This document shows positions 38,794-50,900 of a DNA stretch of 64,000 bases, piece after piece (positions within the stretch are counted from its first letter, which is position 1; the number at the start of each line of letters is the position of its first letter). Under the pieces are notes generated by a model. The model worked only from the letters and a program-made list of their open reading frames with translations. It was not told the DNA's origin and made no database searches. This DNA comes from a virus. A program made the position numbers and the translations under genes. The stretch is taken from IMG/VR virus record IMGVR_UViG_3300021406_000010, positions 64,001 to 128,000 of that record. The stretch is one strand, 5' to 3'.

Positions 38794-41700
38794 AGAGAAC
38801 GGCGGCGAGAGCCTGGTAGGCGGCCAGCATCGCGGGCGGCGCGGTGGTAACCGAGTAGCCGCCGGTGCCCAGCCAGTACGCGTCGGAGCCGGGCTTGCCC
38901 GCTGCCCGGCGGGAGGCGAAGAACGAGGCCAGGTAGGCGGTGAAGGCCTCCCCCTGCGCGGCGGTGAAGGCGGCCAGGTTGACGCCGGTGCCCGCCAGGC
39001 CCAGCGGCTTGCCGTGAGCGTCGGCGAACGCGGCGGACGCGGCCAGGGTGGCTGCCCCGCTGCCGGGCGGCGGCCCCGTGCAGAAGAACGTCGGGGCGAT
39101 GACGTCGACCAGGTCATCGCCCGGGTACCAGGCCTGCAGCCACCCGGAGTCGACCGAGGCGGCGGAGACCGTCACGACGTGCCGGTAGCCGTTCTGGCGG
39201 ATGACGGCCGCGTAGCCGGGCAGCATGGCCAGCCAGTCGGCGGGATTGATGAACGCCGAGTCGGCCCCCGCCCAGATGCTCACCGACGCCTGCAGGCCAC
39301 CTGCCTGGCAGGAGGCGAGGAAGGCCCCCAGCCGGGCGGGGGTGGTGGTGGCATCGGGGCGGAAGTCGAGGAGCACCCGGCGCACCCCCGCGTCCCCCGC
39401 CGCCAGGGAGGACGCCAGGGACGCCGGGATGACGTTGCCCAGGGCGATCCGGCGGGCGGGCAGCGGCAGCCCCGTGGCGGCCAGCAGGGCGGCCACGGAC
39501 GGGTCAGAGGCGGGCACCGGGCCGAGGTCCGCGCCCAGCCCCCAGGCGGGCACCGGGATGACCAGGGCGGCGGCGGCGAGGGAGGCCGGGGCGGCGAGGG
39601 CAGCCGCCGCCGGGCGGACGGTGCCGGTGAGGACCTGGTAGTCGGCGCCGTACCCGTCGGCGTAGGGGTCGGCGTAGACGTCGCCCGCGCCGCCGGGGGC
39701 GTAGGTGTCGGTGAAGATGTCAGTGAAGATGTCGGTGAACGCCTGCGGCTCCTGTCCCTGGGCGGCGGGCGGCTCCCACGCCAGGGCGCTGCCGAGGACG
39801 GCGTCCGGCGGCGGCTGCGGCGGCCCGGGGAAGTCACTGGCCGGGGAGGACACCCCCAGCGCCTGCCGGGTGGCGAAGAACCAGTCGCTGGGCAGCGGCC
39901 CGGACGGCGCCTGCCAGCGGGGGTCCCTGTCCACCGTGCCGTAGCGGTCGAGCGGGGCGAGGTTCGGGCCGTGGCCAACCCCCGCCGCCCTGGCGGGGAC
40001 GCCGTGCGGCCAGGTGGCGTACCAGGGGCGGATGGCCAGCGAGGAGATGAACGTGCCCGGCTGCCAGGCGGTGGCCCGCCACATGAGCTGGGCGCCCTGC
40101 CCGGGGGCGGCCGGGGGGAAGGACAGCACGCCGTGCGGGTCGTTGCGGACGTCGTAGGCGGGGCACCAGGTGGCGCCGCCGTCGTTGGAGAACTCCCACA
40201 GCACGGAGTCCTGGAAGATGCTGATGTTATCGACGGACCACGCGTCGCCCGTCGACTCCTTCTGGATGAGCTGCACGGTGAGGGTCGTCCCCAGCGGGGC
40301 GGTGCTGGTGTCCGCCTGCGCCCAGGTGACGGCCCCGATGGCCGCCCACGCGGGGTAGGCGGAGGCCACCTGCGCCCAGTCAAGGGACGAGACGATCCCC
40401 TGGCCCATGGTGAAGCCGGCGAGCCACTCGGTGACCGATCCCCCGGCCACCGCCTGCTCCGCCTCGGCGATGACCATCCCGGTGGCGCCGTCCAGCAGCT
40501 GCAGGAACAGCGGGGCCGACAGCGCCGCCGGGGAGAACACGCGGGCGGCGGCATAGGCGCGGGCCGACCCGGTGGCCGTCACCGGCGGCCCGGTCCAGGC
40601 GATGCCGCCCATCGCGGTGGACGCGGGCGCCAGCCCGATGTCCAGCCACGCGGGAACCGCCGCCATCGCGCCCGCCCAGGTGCCCCACAGCGGCTGCAGC
40701 GCCCCCCAGGTCACTGGCTGGGCCGAGGCGCCCGGGGCTGGGGAGGCGCCGCGCGTCACCTGGGCCATGGCCCCCAGCTGCGCCTGCTGCGGCGACAGCG
40801 ACAGCGGCAGCGCGTCGCCGACGGCCAGCCAGCCGCCGAAGGACGGGCCGGAGAAGTCCGCGTCCGGAAGCAGCTGCGCCGGGCCCGACTGGACGGTGGC
40901 GAACTGCACCCCGGTGACCGCGTGCGCGGACGGCAGCACGAGGCTCCGCACCTGGGCGCCGCCCGGCGGGACATTGCCGGACAGCACCAGGCCGGTGCCC
41001 GGCTGGAGCGCCCATCCGCCCGGGGTAATGGTGGCCGGGTCGGCGGTCCCCGGGTCGGAGAACGTCTCAACGTACTGCTCCGTGTCGGCGGTCGCGGTGT
41101 AGGAGACCCTGAACAGGGCGACCGCCGACAGGGCGACGAAGTAGGCGACCCGGCTGATCACGGCGTAATCGGCCTCCTGGCAGGCCGTCGGGCCGGCTAG
41201 CTGGGCGGGCGCGGCGGCGGCGGGCGGCTGCCAGGGCTGCATGTTGTACAGGCTGCCGCCGCGCAGCGCGAGCGCCGAGGCGGCGGCCAGGTCCGGCGCG
41301 TAGAGCGCCTCGGTCGGCAGGACGGTCCCGGCTGGCGGGAAGCGCGGCGCCGCCGGGGTGTCGGGGAAGAACGTCGCCGCCGAGATGGCGGCGCTGGCCT
41401 GCAGCCCGGCGTCGGGCGCCGACCCCGCCGGGGGACCGCCGTCCGGGGGCAGGGGCGGCAGCCGGGCGGTGGCCGTGACGGGCCTCAGGTACTCGTAAGG
41501 CTCCGGCTGCAGGCCGGTGAACTCCAGCTTCCAAGCGGCGGCGAGCACCGGCTCCAGCTGGACGTACCCCCGCGCCAGCGTGAAGCTGCCCCGGACCGGG
41601 ACCCACGCGCAAGCCTCGTAGGCGCCGCCGAGGCCGCCGGCGAACCCCCACGGGCTGACCGGGGGGAGGATGAGGGGCGGGGCGAAGCGCAGCACCGCGT

Positions 41701-43218
41701 TCGCGGTGGTGGCCTGGCTGCCCGCCAGCGGGGGCGTGACGTAGGCCCCCGGCCCGGCGGCGAACTCCGCCAAGTCGGCCGGAATCCCGCCGGACAGGCC
41801 GAGGGCCTCCTGCTTGACGACGAACGCGGTGAGGGTGTAATTGCCCGCCAGGACCTGGATGCCGCCGGAGGCTGCAGCAGGCCGCCGAAGCAGAAGGCCG
41901 GGCCGCCCTGCAGGGGCAGCGCCAGCGGGGCCTGGAACATGGCACCCGCCGGAGCCCAGCAGAACAGCCGCAGGCCGTCCTGCCCGAACGCGAAGGCCAG
42001 CCGGTCCCCGGGCGCGAAGCTGAACGACCAGGTGCCGGCCGTCCCGCCGCCGGGCAGGGTGACGGCCCAGGTGCCCGCCGAGAAGGTGAGCGTCAGCACG
42101 CTGGTGTCGAGGATGACGTAGGTTCCCTGGTCGGTGCTGGCGAAGGAGGGCATCAGCTCGATCCCGGCCCACCACGGGGAGGAGGCGATGGTGCCGGACG
42201 CCTGGCCGGGCACGGTGAGCCAGCCGGGCTGGGCGGGGAAGGAGATCCCCGCCGCGACGGCCGACGGCGGGACGGTCCCCCCGGTCGTGATCAGCCCCGG
42301 GGGCACCGGGTCGTCGAGGGCCGCGAAGGAGGCTCCCGGCGGCGGCGGGGAAGGCGACCAGTAGATGCTCATCCGCACCCCGCTGGTCACCGGGTCGATG
42401 AAGATCCGGTCGGTGACCTGCGGGTTCCCGTTCGCGTCGCGGGAGTCCAGGTACAGCTGGACGACGCAGGACGAGGCGGGCTGCGGGGCGCACCGCCACG
42501 GCAGGCCGCCCAGCAGGCCGACGGCGCGGTTCTCGCGCAGCTGCACGGTGACGGGGCTGCCGTTCAGGTCGGCGGTGGTGGTGAACGGCTGGCGGAGGGT
42601 GGGGACCGACGGGCTGCGGGGCATCGGCGGCACGTCCGAGGACGACAGGACGCGGGTGCCGACGTCGAGGTTCATCGCCCCCAGCGGGTAGGGGACGGGA
42701 TGCCCGGACGGGCCGAGGGGGACCTGCTGCCACGGGGCGGGCGCGGCCCGGGTGAGGCGCAACAGCAGCCGGGACGTAACGACGGGCTGGACCTGCTCGT
42801 CGTGGTGAGCCCAGTGGCCGGCCCCGTAGTGGTAGGGGTTCAGCCCGGCGTCCAGGGCGACGGGGCTGTCCACCATGGCGGGCACCGACCCGCTGGTGGC
42901 GACGGACAGCGGGGCGCCGGAGGATCCGGCGAGCGGCTGCCACAGCGACCCGTCCCACCAGAAGAACGCGGCCACGTGCGGGAAGCGGGGCAGGTCGACG
43001 GCGACGTAGTTGACGATGCGGTCCTGGCCGAGGGAGACGGCGAGCTCCTCGACGGTGGGATCGCCTGCCAGCCGGGGCTGGGAGGACCAGAACCGCTGGC
43101 TGGCCGGCGGGGAGGACGCGGCGGCGGGCTGCGCCTGCGCGACGGGGATCCCGTCGGCGTAGACCGGGGCCACCGAGGGGATGGCGAAGGACCCGGGAAC
43201 GCGCAGCGGGGTGGTCAT
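38792..43218 (-). CDS. Large virion/baseplate protein split by a -1 frame break near 41870; C-terminal GH26-like domain
   Basis: Coding signal moves from the 41485..43218 frame to the 38792..42958 frame at ...GGLLQ|ASGGIQV; AWYPGDDLVDVI motif. Confidence 0.7.
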
Positions 43219-44594
43219 GACGACCTCATCACCGGCACCCGGGGACCGGACCAGGGGGCCGCCTTCACCGCGACGGAGGACGCCGCGCGGGCGGCGGCGG
43301 CCCTCGCGACCGGGATGACCGCCTCCTGCGGGAGGTACTGCACCGTCCCGCCGGCCTGGGGGCGGAACGTGACCGACTGGAAGTCCTGGCCGTCGGTCAC
43401 GGTCACGTCATTGGGGTCGGCGCCGGTCACCGCGCGGGCGGTGACCGCCGTGACGTCGGGCGCGTAGCTGCACTCGAACCCCGAGGAGCGGGACAGCGGC
43501 GGGGACGGCGTGACGTAGGACCCAGGCGGGAGCGAGGATCCGGACGGTCCCTGGTAGGACCCGGCAATGGCACTGTAAGCGCTACTCGAAGCCGGCGGGG
43601 TGACGACGGTGACGACCTCCCAGTACTGGCTGGGCGACCAGGCCGACCGGGCGGGGACCGGGACCAGCACCCCGGTCGGGCCGGGGATGACGGAGACGAT
43701 GCAGGAGGCGGGCTTCAGCACCTCGGCGACCGCCAGGATGGCGTAGTAGTCGGCGGACTGCCGGGCGAGGCCCTCGGTGGTGGGCGGGTACTGGGCGGAC
43801 GGCACGATGACGACCTCGCCGGGGGCGTTGCCGGCGAGCAGCCCGGTGTAGGCGGGGATGCCCTCCACCGATTGCCAGGGAGTCCCGGCCGGGAACGCGG
43901 ACCACAGCGGGTACTGGGCGGCGACCTGCGCCCAGGACAGGCCGCCCGGTGGCGGCCCGGGGGCGCCGCCGGTCAGCCGCCACATCTCGTAGACCTGGCA
44001 CTCCGAGCTGGTGACGGCCTCCGCGATGGCCCTGATGCCGGGCACGGTCCCGCCGAGGGTGATCGCCCGCGCCAGGGCGATGACGCGCTCCCGGTACAGG
44101 GCGTCGGCGGCCTCCACCGCGTCCCACCCGTCGGGGCTGGCCAGGTCGGAGTACGGGTTGACGGCAGCCCCGGTGGCCGGGTTGACCGGGATGGCCCCCG
44201 CCGGCCCGCGCTGGGCGCCGAACAGCGCCCCGTAGAAGGAGTCCAGGTCGTAGAACCGGGTGCTGGTGATGGCCTGCTGCAGGCGGGCCACCAGCTGCCG
44301 CTTGCGGAGCTGGCCGGCGCCCCCGGCCCCCAGCAGCGCCTGCATCAGGAGCGTCAGCAGCGAGCCGGGCGAGGTGTCGTAGACACTGGACGGGAAGTTG
44401 ACCAGCTGGGGCGGCACCTGCAGGTCGGGAGACAGCAGGCCGGTCGCGGTGGCGGTGCCCGGCGGGAGCGGCTGGGCCTGCGGCGCCTGCAGCGACAGCA
44501 CCGACGGCCGGGCGACGTTCGGCCAGGAGAACAGGTCGGTCCCCTCGTTGACGATGATGCTCGTCAGCGAGGGGTCAGTCAGCACTTGCGGCAC
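43215..44594 (-). CDS. Baseplate wedge protein (gpI-like, putative)
   Basis: DLDSFYG...YRERV...GGTVPGIRAIAEAV; follows gpJ. Confidence 0.65.
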   Translation of the reverse strand: MPQVLTDPSLTSIIVNEGTDLFSWPNVARPSVLSLQAPQAQPLPPGTATATGLLSPDLQVPPQLVNFPSSVYDTSPGSLLTLLMQALLGAGGAGQLRKRQLVARLQQAITSTRFYDLDSFYGALFGAQRGPAGAIPVNPATGAAVNPYSDLASPDGWDAVEAADALYRERVIALARAITLGGTVPGIRAIAEAVTSSECQVYEMWRLTGGAPGPPPGGLSWAQVAAQYPLWSAFPAGTPWQSVEGIPAYTGLLAGNAPGEVVIVPSAQYPPTTEGLARQSADYYAILAVAEVLKPASCIVSVIPGPTGVLVPVPARSAWSPSQYWEVVTVVTPPASSSAYSAIAGSYQGPSGSSLPPGSYVTPSPPLSRSSGFECSYAPDVTAVTARAVTGADPNDVTVTDGQDFQSVTFRPQAGGTVQYLPQEAVIPVARAAAARAASSVAVKAAPWSGPRVPVMRSS

Positions 44595-44689
44595 GGCGTC
44601 CTCCCTTGCTTCCGCGCCCGGGAGAAGGCTGCCCAGTTGGCAGCGCAGCCTACGGCACCGAAGGTTACCGGCTAGTAGGAGAAGGGCCA

Positions 44690-45350
44690 GTGCAGCGAGT
44701 GCACGGGACCTGGCGTTAAGGCTCCCATTGAAAGCTAAAGAACGTAAAACATAACTACTACTACTATTTTTTAATTATTTAGTATTTGTATTTACGTATT
44801 TAAGTCTTAGGAGGAGCTACGCGGGGGTCGTCCCCTCCCCCCTTTGGATGGCTACGCGGGTCGGCCCCCTCCCCCTCTGCCCACTGGAGGGCTACGCGGT
44901 CGTCAGTGCACATCGAACGGGGCCAGTGCACATCGCCTCTTTTTCGATTCATGCTATTGGCCAGGTGCAGTGCACATCGCCAGTTTCGCCAGTGCAGATA
45001 GCGTTTTTCGATTCATGTACCTGAGCTGGTATTAGTGCACAAGTGCAGTTCGATTGGCCGTTTTGGGTTCCCTCACGCGAGGCCCCGGATGGTAGTGACT
45101 AATACGCTACTTACCGTGGTCAAGTCTCATGCTGGGTATGGCAAGCACGTTGCTAGCTATTGCAAGCAATTTGAGTCTCCCCCGGGGCGATGCGTTCGCC
45201 AGGCGCCAAAATGGCGATTTTATCTGCACTTGTGCACTATCCGCACTTCAGCAGAACTTTTCGAGCGTCAGTTCTGCACTTTCATCTGCACTGGAAGTGC
45301 ACTGGCCCTTTCCCGATGTGCACTGGCAAGCGCATGCCGTGGTCGTGCAG
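44690..45350. repeat. Putative replication origin: AT-rich tract, 3x GCTACGCGG, inverted TGCAC iteron blocks
   Basis: Very AT-rich 44725-44810; about a dozen TGCAC/TGCAG units in two opposed blocks; 2x TTTTTCGATTCATG. Confidence 0.75.
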
Positions 45351-45355
45351 TGACC

Positions 45356-47176
45356 CTAAGCGAATGCGCCGAGAGTGTTGATGGCCTTCGTGACCAGGAC
45401 GACACCGCCGAGGACGGGCAGCGCTGCGGCGGCCATGGTCACGGGAAGCGGGTTCCCGGCGGAGTCGACGTACGAGGCGATCGTCACGCCCCCCAGGACC
45501 TGCTGGATCCCGACGTCGTAGTTGTTCGCTGCGGCGCCCGTGAAGCCGGGGTAGTCGGCCCCGGTGAGGAACCGGCAGGCGGTGATGCCGGGGGTGCCCT
45601 CCACTGCCTGCAGGACGCTGGACGGGTACACGACCGCCCCGAACCCGATGGCCCCGAGCCAGGAGGACAGCGCCTGGGTGACGGCCGCCTGGGCGGTCGC
45701 GGGAGTGGCTCCCGGGTCGTAGACGACCGCCAGGCTGAACTGCAGCTGCAGCTGGATGGCCTGGTGGGCCTGCACGTCGGTGCCCGCCAGCCGCCAGTTC
45801 TCCAGCTGCTTCTGGATGGCGGCGGGGACGTCGTTGTAGGTGTAGCCGTCGCTGATCGTCAGGGGGGTCCCGCCGGGGGGCTGCATCCCGGCGGCCCACT
45901 CCAGGCCGAAGTCGGAGTAGGGGGACCAGCCGAAGGCCCCCGTCCGGTGGGCCACCTGGTAGGCATAGCTGACGCCGCCCGCGACGCTGCCCAGCGGCTG
46001 CGCCAGGGTGGCCTGCCCGTAGGTGACCCCGTTGACGACCATCACCGGCGGGACGGTGAGGACCGGGCCCCATGGCAGGGCGATGAAGGCGTTCCCGGGG
46101 GCGGGGGAGCTGCCGTCCGGCCGGGTGAAGGACCCGGCGTACCAGGGGGAGGAGCCGGAGGCGGAGAAGACGGTGGCGGCCGAGAACCTCAGCGACGCGG
46201 CGGCGGCCATGGGGCGCTGCCCGGAGCACCAGACGTCGACCCGGCTGTAGATCCCCTGCGCCGGGGAGTTGCGGGAGTAGGCGTCCATGTACAGGAAGCT
46301 GACGTCGATCAGCTGCCCCTGCGGGAAGTAGGAGGCGTCCACCACCTGCACCGAGGGCGGGCTCGCGGCGGAGTTCCAGGTGTACTGCAGGCCCGGGGCG
46401 GCCACGTCCCCGTTGTCGATGTCGCGGCCCACCACCTGGCCCGCCGGGTAGGTGAACTGGGCGTCCGGGATGGTGGTGGCGGCCTGGCCGCCGGACACCT
46501 GCAGCTGCTCCCGGTACCTGGTGGCGCCGTCGATGACGTTGGCGGCGGTGCACTCCGGGTCGGCGAGGGCGATCCCGAGGAACATCTGGCTGGTGCCGGC
46601 CATCGACCGGAACGCGGTGGCGCTCCAGCGGGCCTGCAGCTGGGCGTCGGCCTCCTGGCTCGCGCCGCCGGACAGCGCGTTCAGGTTGGTGACCCCCGAG
46701 ACCTCGGAAACCGGGGTGAGCAGCTGGGTGAGGGACCCGGCCGCCGCGTTCCCGGCGGGGCCTGCGATCACCGCCTGGACCGGGAGGGTGACTGACAGCG
46801 CCCCCGGGTTGAGGATCCCGGCGGTGACCGTCTGGATCACCACGGTGCCGTCGGCGGTGGCCACCTGGGTGGCGACCGGGATGGTGACGACGTCGGTCGC
46901 GGTGCCGCGCGTGAAGGTGACGGTGCCGTAGGAGCGGGCGGCCGGGTACCGGGACAGGCCGAACAGCTGGACGAAGGCGTCGAGGTCCGCGCCCGCCTTC
47001 GAGGTGACGTCGTAGCTGTAAGCGAGCATTTGCTGGTCTATGGTGGCTGATGACACCGACGCGGCCACCACGTCGATGATCTTGCGGACCACGCTGCCCA
47101 GGGAGGTGTCCAGGTCGGGCACGCTGGCGGCGAGCACCGCGATCATCTGGGACGCGACGTCAGCCTGGCTGGCCAC
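45356..47176 (-). CDS. Baseplate J-like protein
   Basis: GADLDAFVQLFGLSR, AGPAGN, GGASQEADAQLQAR. Confidence 0.88.
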   Translation of the reverse strand: MASQADVASQMIAVLAASVPDLDTSLGSVVRKIIDVVAASVSSATIDQQMLAYSYDVTSKAGADLDAFVQLFGLSRYPAARSYGTVTFTRGTATDVVTIPVATQVATADGTVVIQTVTAGILNPGALSVTLPVQAVIAGPAGNAAAGSLTQLLTPVSEVSGVTNLNALSGGASQEADAQLQARWSATAFRSMAGTSQMFLGIALADPECTAANVIDGATRYREQLQVSGGQAATTIPDAQFTYPAGQVVGRDIDNGDVAAPGLQYTWNSAASPPSVQVVDASYFPQGQLIDVSFLYMDAYSRNSPAQGIYSRVDVWCSGQRPMAAAASLRFSAATVFSASGSSPWYAGSFTRPDGSSPAPGNAFIALPWGPVLTVPPVMVVNGVTYGQATLAQPLGSVAGGVSYAYQVAHRTGAFGWSPYSDFGLEWAAGMQPPGGTPLTISDGYTYNDVPAAIQKQLENWRLAGTDVQAHQAIQLQLQFSLAVVYDPGATPATAQAAVTQALSSWLGAIGFGAVVYPSSVLQAVEGTPGITACRFLTGADYPGFTGAAANNYDVGIQQVLGGVTIASYVDSAGNPLPVTMAAAALPVLGGVVLVTKAINTLGAFA

Positions 47177-47193
47177 CTGGCGTCACCCGCCCG

Positions 47194-47628
47194 TCACGGG
47201 GAGACCGTCCGGACGGCCGACAGGCGCTGGCCGCCCTGGGTGGTGAGGGAGACGGCCACCGCGATCGCGTCCGGCCGGGAGCCGGGCGCGGCGGTGACCG
47301 AGTCGACGGAGGCGATGACGTCGTCGGCGGCCAGCTGGCTGCGAGTGCCCGCCATCGCGGTGGCGGTGATCACCTGCTGCTGGGCCGCCATCAGCTGCGC
47401 CAGCACCCGGGACGCCTCGGCGGTGACCATCGCCCCGGTCCCGGCCAGCTGGGGGGAGCCGAGCATCCCGGTGAGGGCGGATCCCCACTGCGGGTGGAAC
47501 GGGTCGCTGCCGTACGGCTCGGACAGCGCCGTGGCCACCCGCTGGCGGAGGTAGTCGGTGCCGGTGACGGTGGCCAGGTCGCCGCCGGACACGAGCAGGT
47601 CGCCCCCCACGATGGCGAGGTCCCTCAC
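47194..47628 (-). CDS. Baseplate wedge gp25/gpW-like protein
   Basis: GSDPFHPQWGS motif; directly upstream of gpJ. Confidence 0.8.
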   Translation of the reverse strand: MRDLAIVGGDLLVSGGDLATVTGTDYLRQRVATALSEPYGSDPFHPQWGSALTGMLGSPQLAGTGAMVTAEASRVLAQLMAAQQQVITATAMAGTRSQLAADDVIASVDSVTAAPGSRPDAIAVAVSLTTQGGQRLSAVRTVSP

Positions 47629-47659
47629 GAGGGCATCACCTCCCAGGCCTTCCGTGCCC

Positions 47660-47974
47660 CTATGACGGCAGCGGGCCGATCACCTGCGCCTGGCTGCCGG
47701 CATAGACGTAGCCGGAAGCCGGCTGCGGGTAGCTTCCCGGCGGCAGGCCAGTGGTATGGATGAGGTACTCCGCGTTGCCGTCCGCCACCGCTGACAAGAC
47801 GGTCGGCGCCTCGGCCTCAGTCCAGCCGGAAGCCGCCGCCAGCTCCGCAGCGGACAGGCCGCTCGTCCACTCGTACAGCTTATTGATGGTCACGAGGGCG
47901 TTGCGATGCGCCAGCAGCGCCTGCTGGATGAGGGTCATCACCTGCGCCTGCGACAGGCCGGTGTTGATCGCCAA
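47660..47974 (-). CDS. Hypothetical virion-associated protein
   Basis: TTG start with AGGA RBS. Confidence 0.6.
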   Translation of the reverse strand: MAINTGLSQAQVMTLIQQALLAHRNALVTINKLYEWTSGLSAAELAAASGWTEAEAPTVLSAVADGNAEYLIHTTGLPPGSYPQPASGYVYAGSQAQVIGPLPS

Positions 47975-47982
47975 GGGTCCTC

Positions 47983-50900
47983 CTAGAAGTCGAGCGGATA
48001 GGTGCCGAAGATGCGGACGGTGTCTCCTGCCGTCGCGTCGTAGACGTGCACGACCCCGGTGCTGAGCATCTCGCAGACCAGCGGGATGCCGAGGAACGGC
48101 GACCCGGCGTTCTGCACGCAGCCTAGCGGCTGGTTGGAGGCCGGCCAGTAGGCGGCCGGCAGCGCCACGGTTATGTTCGAGTTATTCGCGACTCCGGAGG
48201 GGACGTTGAGGATTCCGGAGACCATGACCGTGTTGTCGGACCTGTACTTGTACTTGAAGGTCCCCGTCCAGCTGTTCGCGAGGGAGAACGAGTGGGGCAC
48301 CTCGGGCACCGCCGGGATGACGCCCGGCTGGAAGGCGGTGACCGGCCCGGTGTACCCGGCCGCGTAGGCGTTGCCGCCCGGGTCGGTGCCCGCCTGCGGC
48401 GACAGGGCGCACTCCAGGACTGAGCTGGACACGTAGGTGATCTTCACCTGGCCGTCGGCGCCGGATCCTCCGATTGGCTGGGAGCTGGACCCGGAAGTGC
48501 CGGTCACCGTGACGGAGGCCGAGCTCGCTCCCCCGGCGAAGTACCCGTACTGGGTGAGGTCCGGCTCGGAGGTGGACGGGCCGGTCATCAGCGACTTGGC
48601 CGCGCCGGACTTCAGGGCCGCCCCCAGGCCGGGCGGGTTGATGACCTTGGTCGCGCCCTCGGTGATGCCCGCCTGGTACTGGCCGTGCTTGTCGCCTGAG
48701 CCGAGCGAGGAAATGGTCCCGGGGAACGACGTCCGGTTCGACCACCCGAAGGTGATCGTCATGCCGCTGCCGTACCAGGAGTGCTGGTTGGTGATCTTCA
48801 CCGACGCGGACGTGATGGTCACCCCGGACAGGTCCGACTGGACCGATGAGGGCAGCAGCCAGAACCCGAACTGGTTGCCGGCCGGAGCGCCGCTCGACGC
48901 CCCCTGGTAGACGGAGCCGCCGGCGTTCCGCTGGGCCCCGCCGATGTCGGTGCCGTAGTACGACGCTGAGCTGCTGGCGTTGTAGGTCCTGCTGAACGGC
49001 GAGGTAGTAGTGGACTGCCCGGAGCCGCCGCCGCCGCCGCCAGGGCCGCTGCCGCTGGCCCCGCTTGCCGCGCTGCCGCCGCTCGCCCCGCCTGCGCCGC
49101 CGCCGCCCGCGCCCGCAGCCCCGCCAGGGCCGTTGTAGACGCCGTTGCCGCCCGCCCCGGAGGGGCCCCCGGAGCCGCCGCCGGAGCCGCCGTCCGCGTG
49201 GCCGCCGGTAACTCCCATGCCGCTGCCGCCGTCGTGGTGGATGGTGTTGGCCGACCCGGTGCCCCCGGCCCCGCCCGTCCCCTGGGCGGGTGAGGCGTCT
49301 CCCCCGTTGGCGTAGACCCCGGTCCCGTCGAAGAAGGTGTCGCCGCCGCCCTGCCCGTCGGAGTTGCCGGTGTACGCGCCGTTGCCGCCGTTGCCGACGG
49401 TGTAGCTGTAGGTGGTGGCCCCGGTCGGGTCGAGGGGGTAGCTCGGCTCGCAGGCGTACTCGCCGGCTCCCCCGCCGTCCTGGCCGGTAGTGCCGTTTCC
49501 GTGGTTGGCCCCGGCGGCGGCGCCCCAGCACTCGATTTTCCCGGACGGGATGCCGGGCGGGGGCGTGAAGGAGTAGGTTCCGGCGGCGGGCTGGGTGATG
49601 GTCGTGGTGGTGGTCGTGTAGGCGTAGAGCACGCCGCCGACGGTGTCGAAGGTGATGTCGGTCTCCGTCATCGTCCCGCCGGAGATGGCGGTCGCGGCGA
49701 TGGTGGAGGCGGAGATGGACCCGTCCTGGAAGCTTCCGCTGGCGATGGAGCAGGAGTTGACGTTCAGCCCGGAGATGCCGCCCTGCGCGACGAAGAGGCC
49801 GGCGGGGTAGGGGTTCCCCTGGCCGTCGGCGCCGGCCGCAGCCGACCACGACCCGATGAGGTTCCCCAGTGCCGGGGTGCCGGAGTAGACGAGGATCTCG
49901 CCGGAGGTGCCGAAGGCGATGAACTGGCCGCCCTCGATGGTGGTGCCGTCGACCACGCCCGCCAGGACGATGCCCGCCGCGATCTGCTCGGCGGTGATGG
50001 TCCCGGCGGCGATCTGCGCGGCCGTGATGGTTCCCGCCGCGATCTGCGCGGCCGTGATGGTATTGGCGGCGATGAGCGCGGCGGTCACCGACCCGGCCGC
50101 GATGGACTGGGTGCCGAACTGGAACGGCACCCAGTTGGAGCCGTTCCAGGTGGTCAGGGCGAAGCCCTGGTTGCCGTTGAACCACAGGTCGCCGGCGGCC
50201 GGGGACGAGGGCTGGGAGAACCCGACGCTGGTGGTGACGCCGCCGATGTCGGAGGCGGTGAAGTCGACCTGCCCGGGGGTGATGCCCGCGTTGGCGGCCA
50301 GCTGCAGGGCGGTGAGGCTGCCCGCCGCGATGGCCCGGGAGCCGAACTGCAGGAGCCGCCACCCGCCCCCGTCCCATACCGACACCGAGTTGCCCTGGGC
50401 CGGGTTGATCCAGATGTCGCCCAGGACCGGGGCCGGCGGCTGCGACGTCCCGGTGATCACGGAGGTGCCCCCGAGGTCGGAAGCGGTGACGGACAGCTGG
50501 CCGGCGGTGATCCCGGCGGCCGGGGCGAGCTGCGCGCCGGTGATGGTGCCGGGTGCTATCTTGGCCGCCGTGACGGCCCGGTCGGCGATGGCGTTAGTGC
50601 CGACCTGCAGCGGCACCCACCGGGACCCGGACCAGCTTGTGAGGGCGTTGCCCTGCGCGGCGTTCACCCACAGGTCCCCGGGCGCCGGGGCTGCGGGCGC
50701 GGCGGCGGAGGCCGTCACGGCGGGCGCGGCGGCGGCGGGGAGGTCTGCCGGGGAGGCAGCGGCGAACGCGGCGAACGTCCACGTGCCCAGGTCCTGGGTG
50801 ATGATCCACATCTCGCCCGGGGCCGGGGGCGGCGCCTTGCTGCGCTGCATCAGCATCGTCACGGCGACCTGGGTGCCCTGCCGGTCGACGGTGATGGCGG

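Noticed and set aside
44844-45381. Short ORFs across the origin-like region
   Set aside because: They derive from the repeats, have atypical codon usage and lack an RBS
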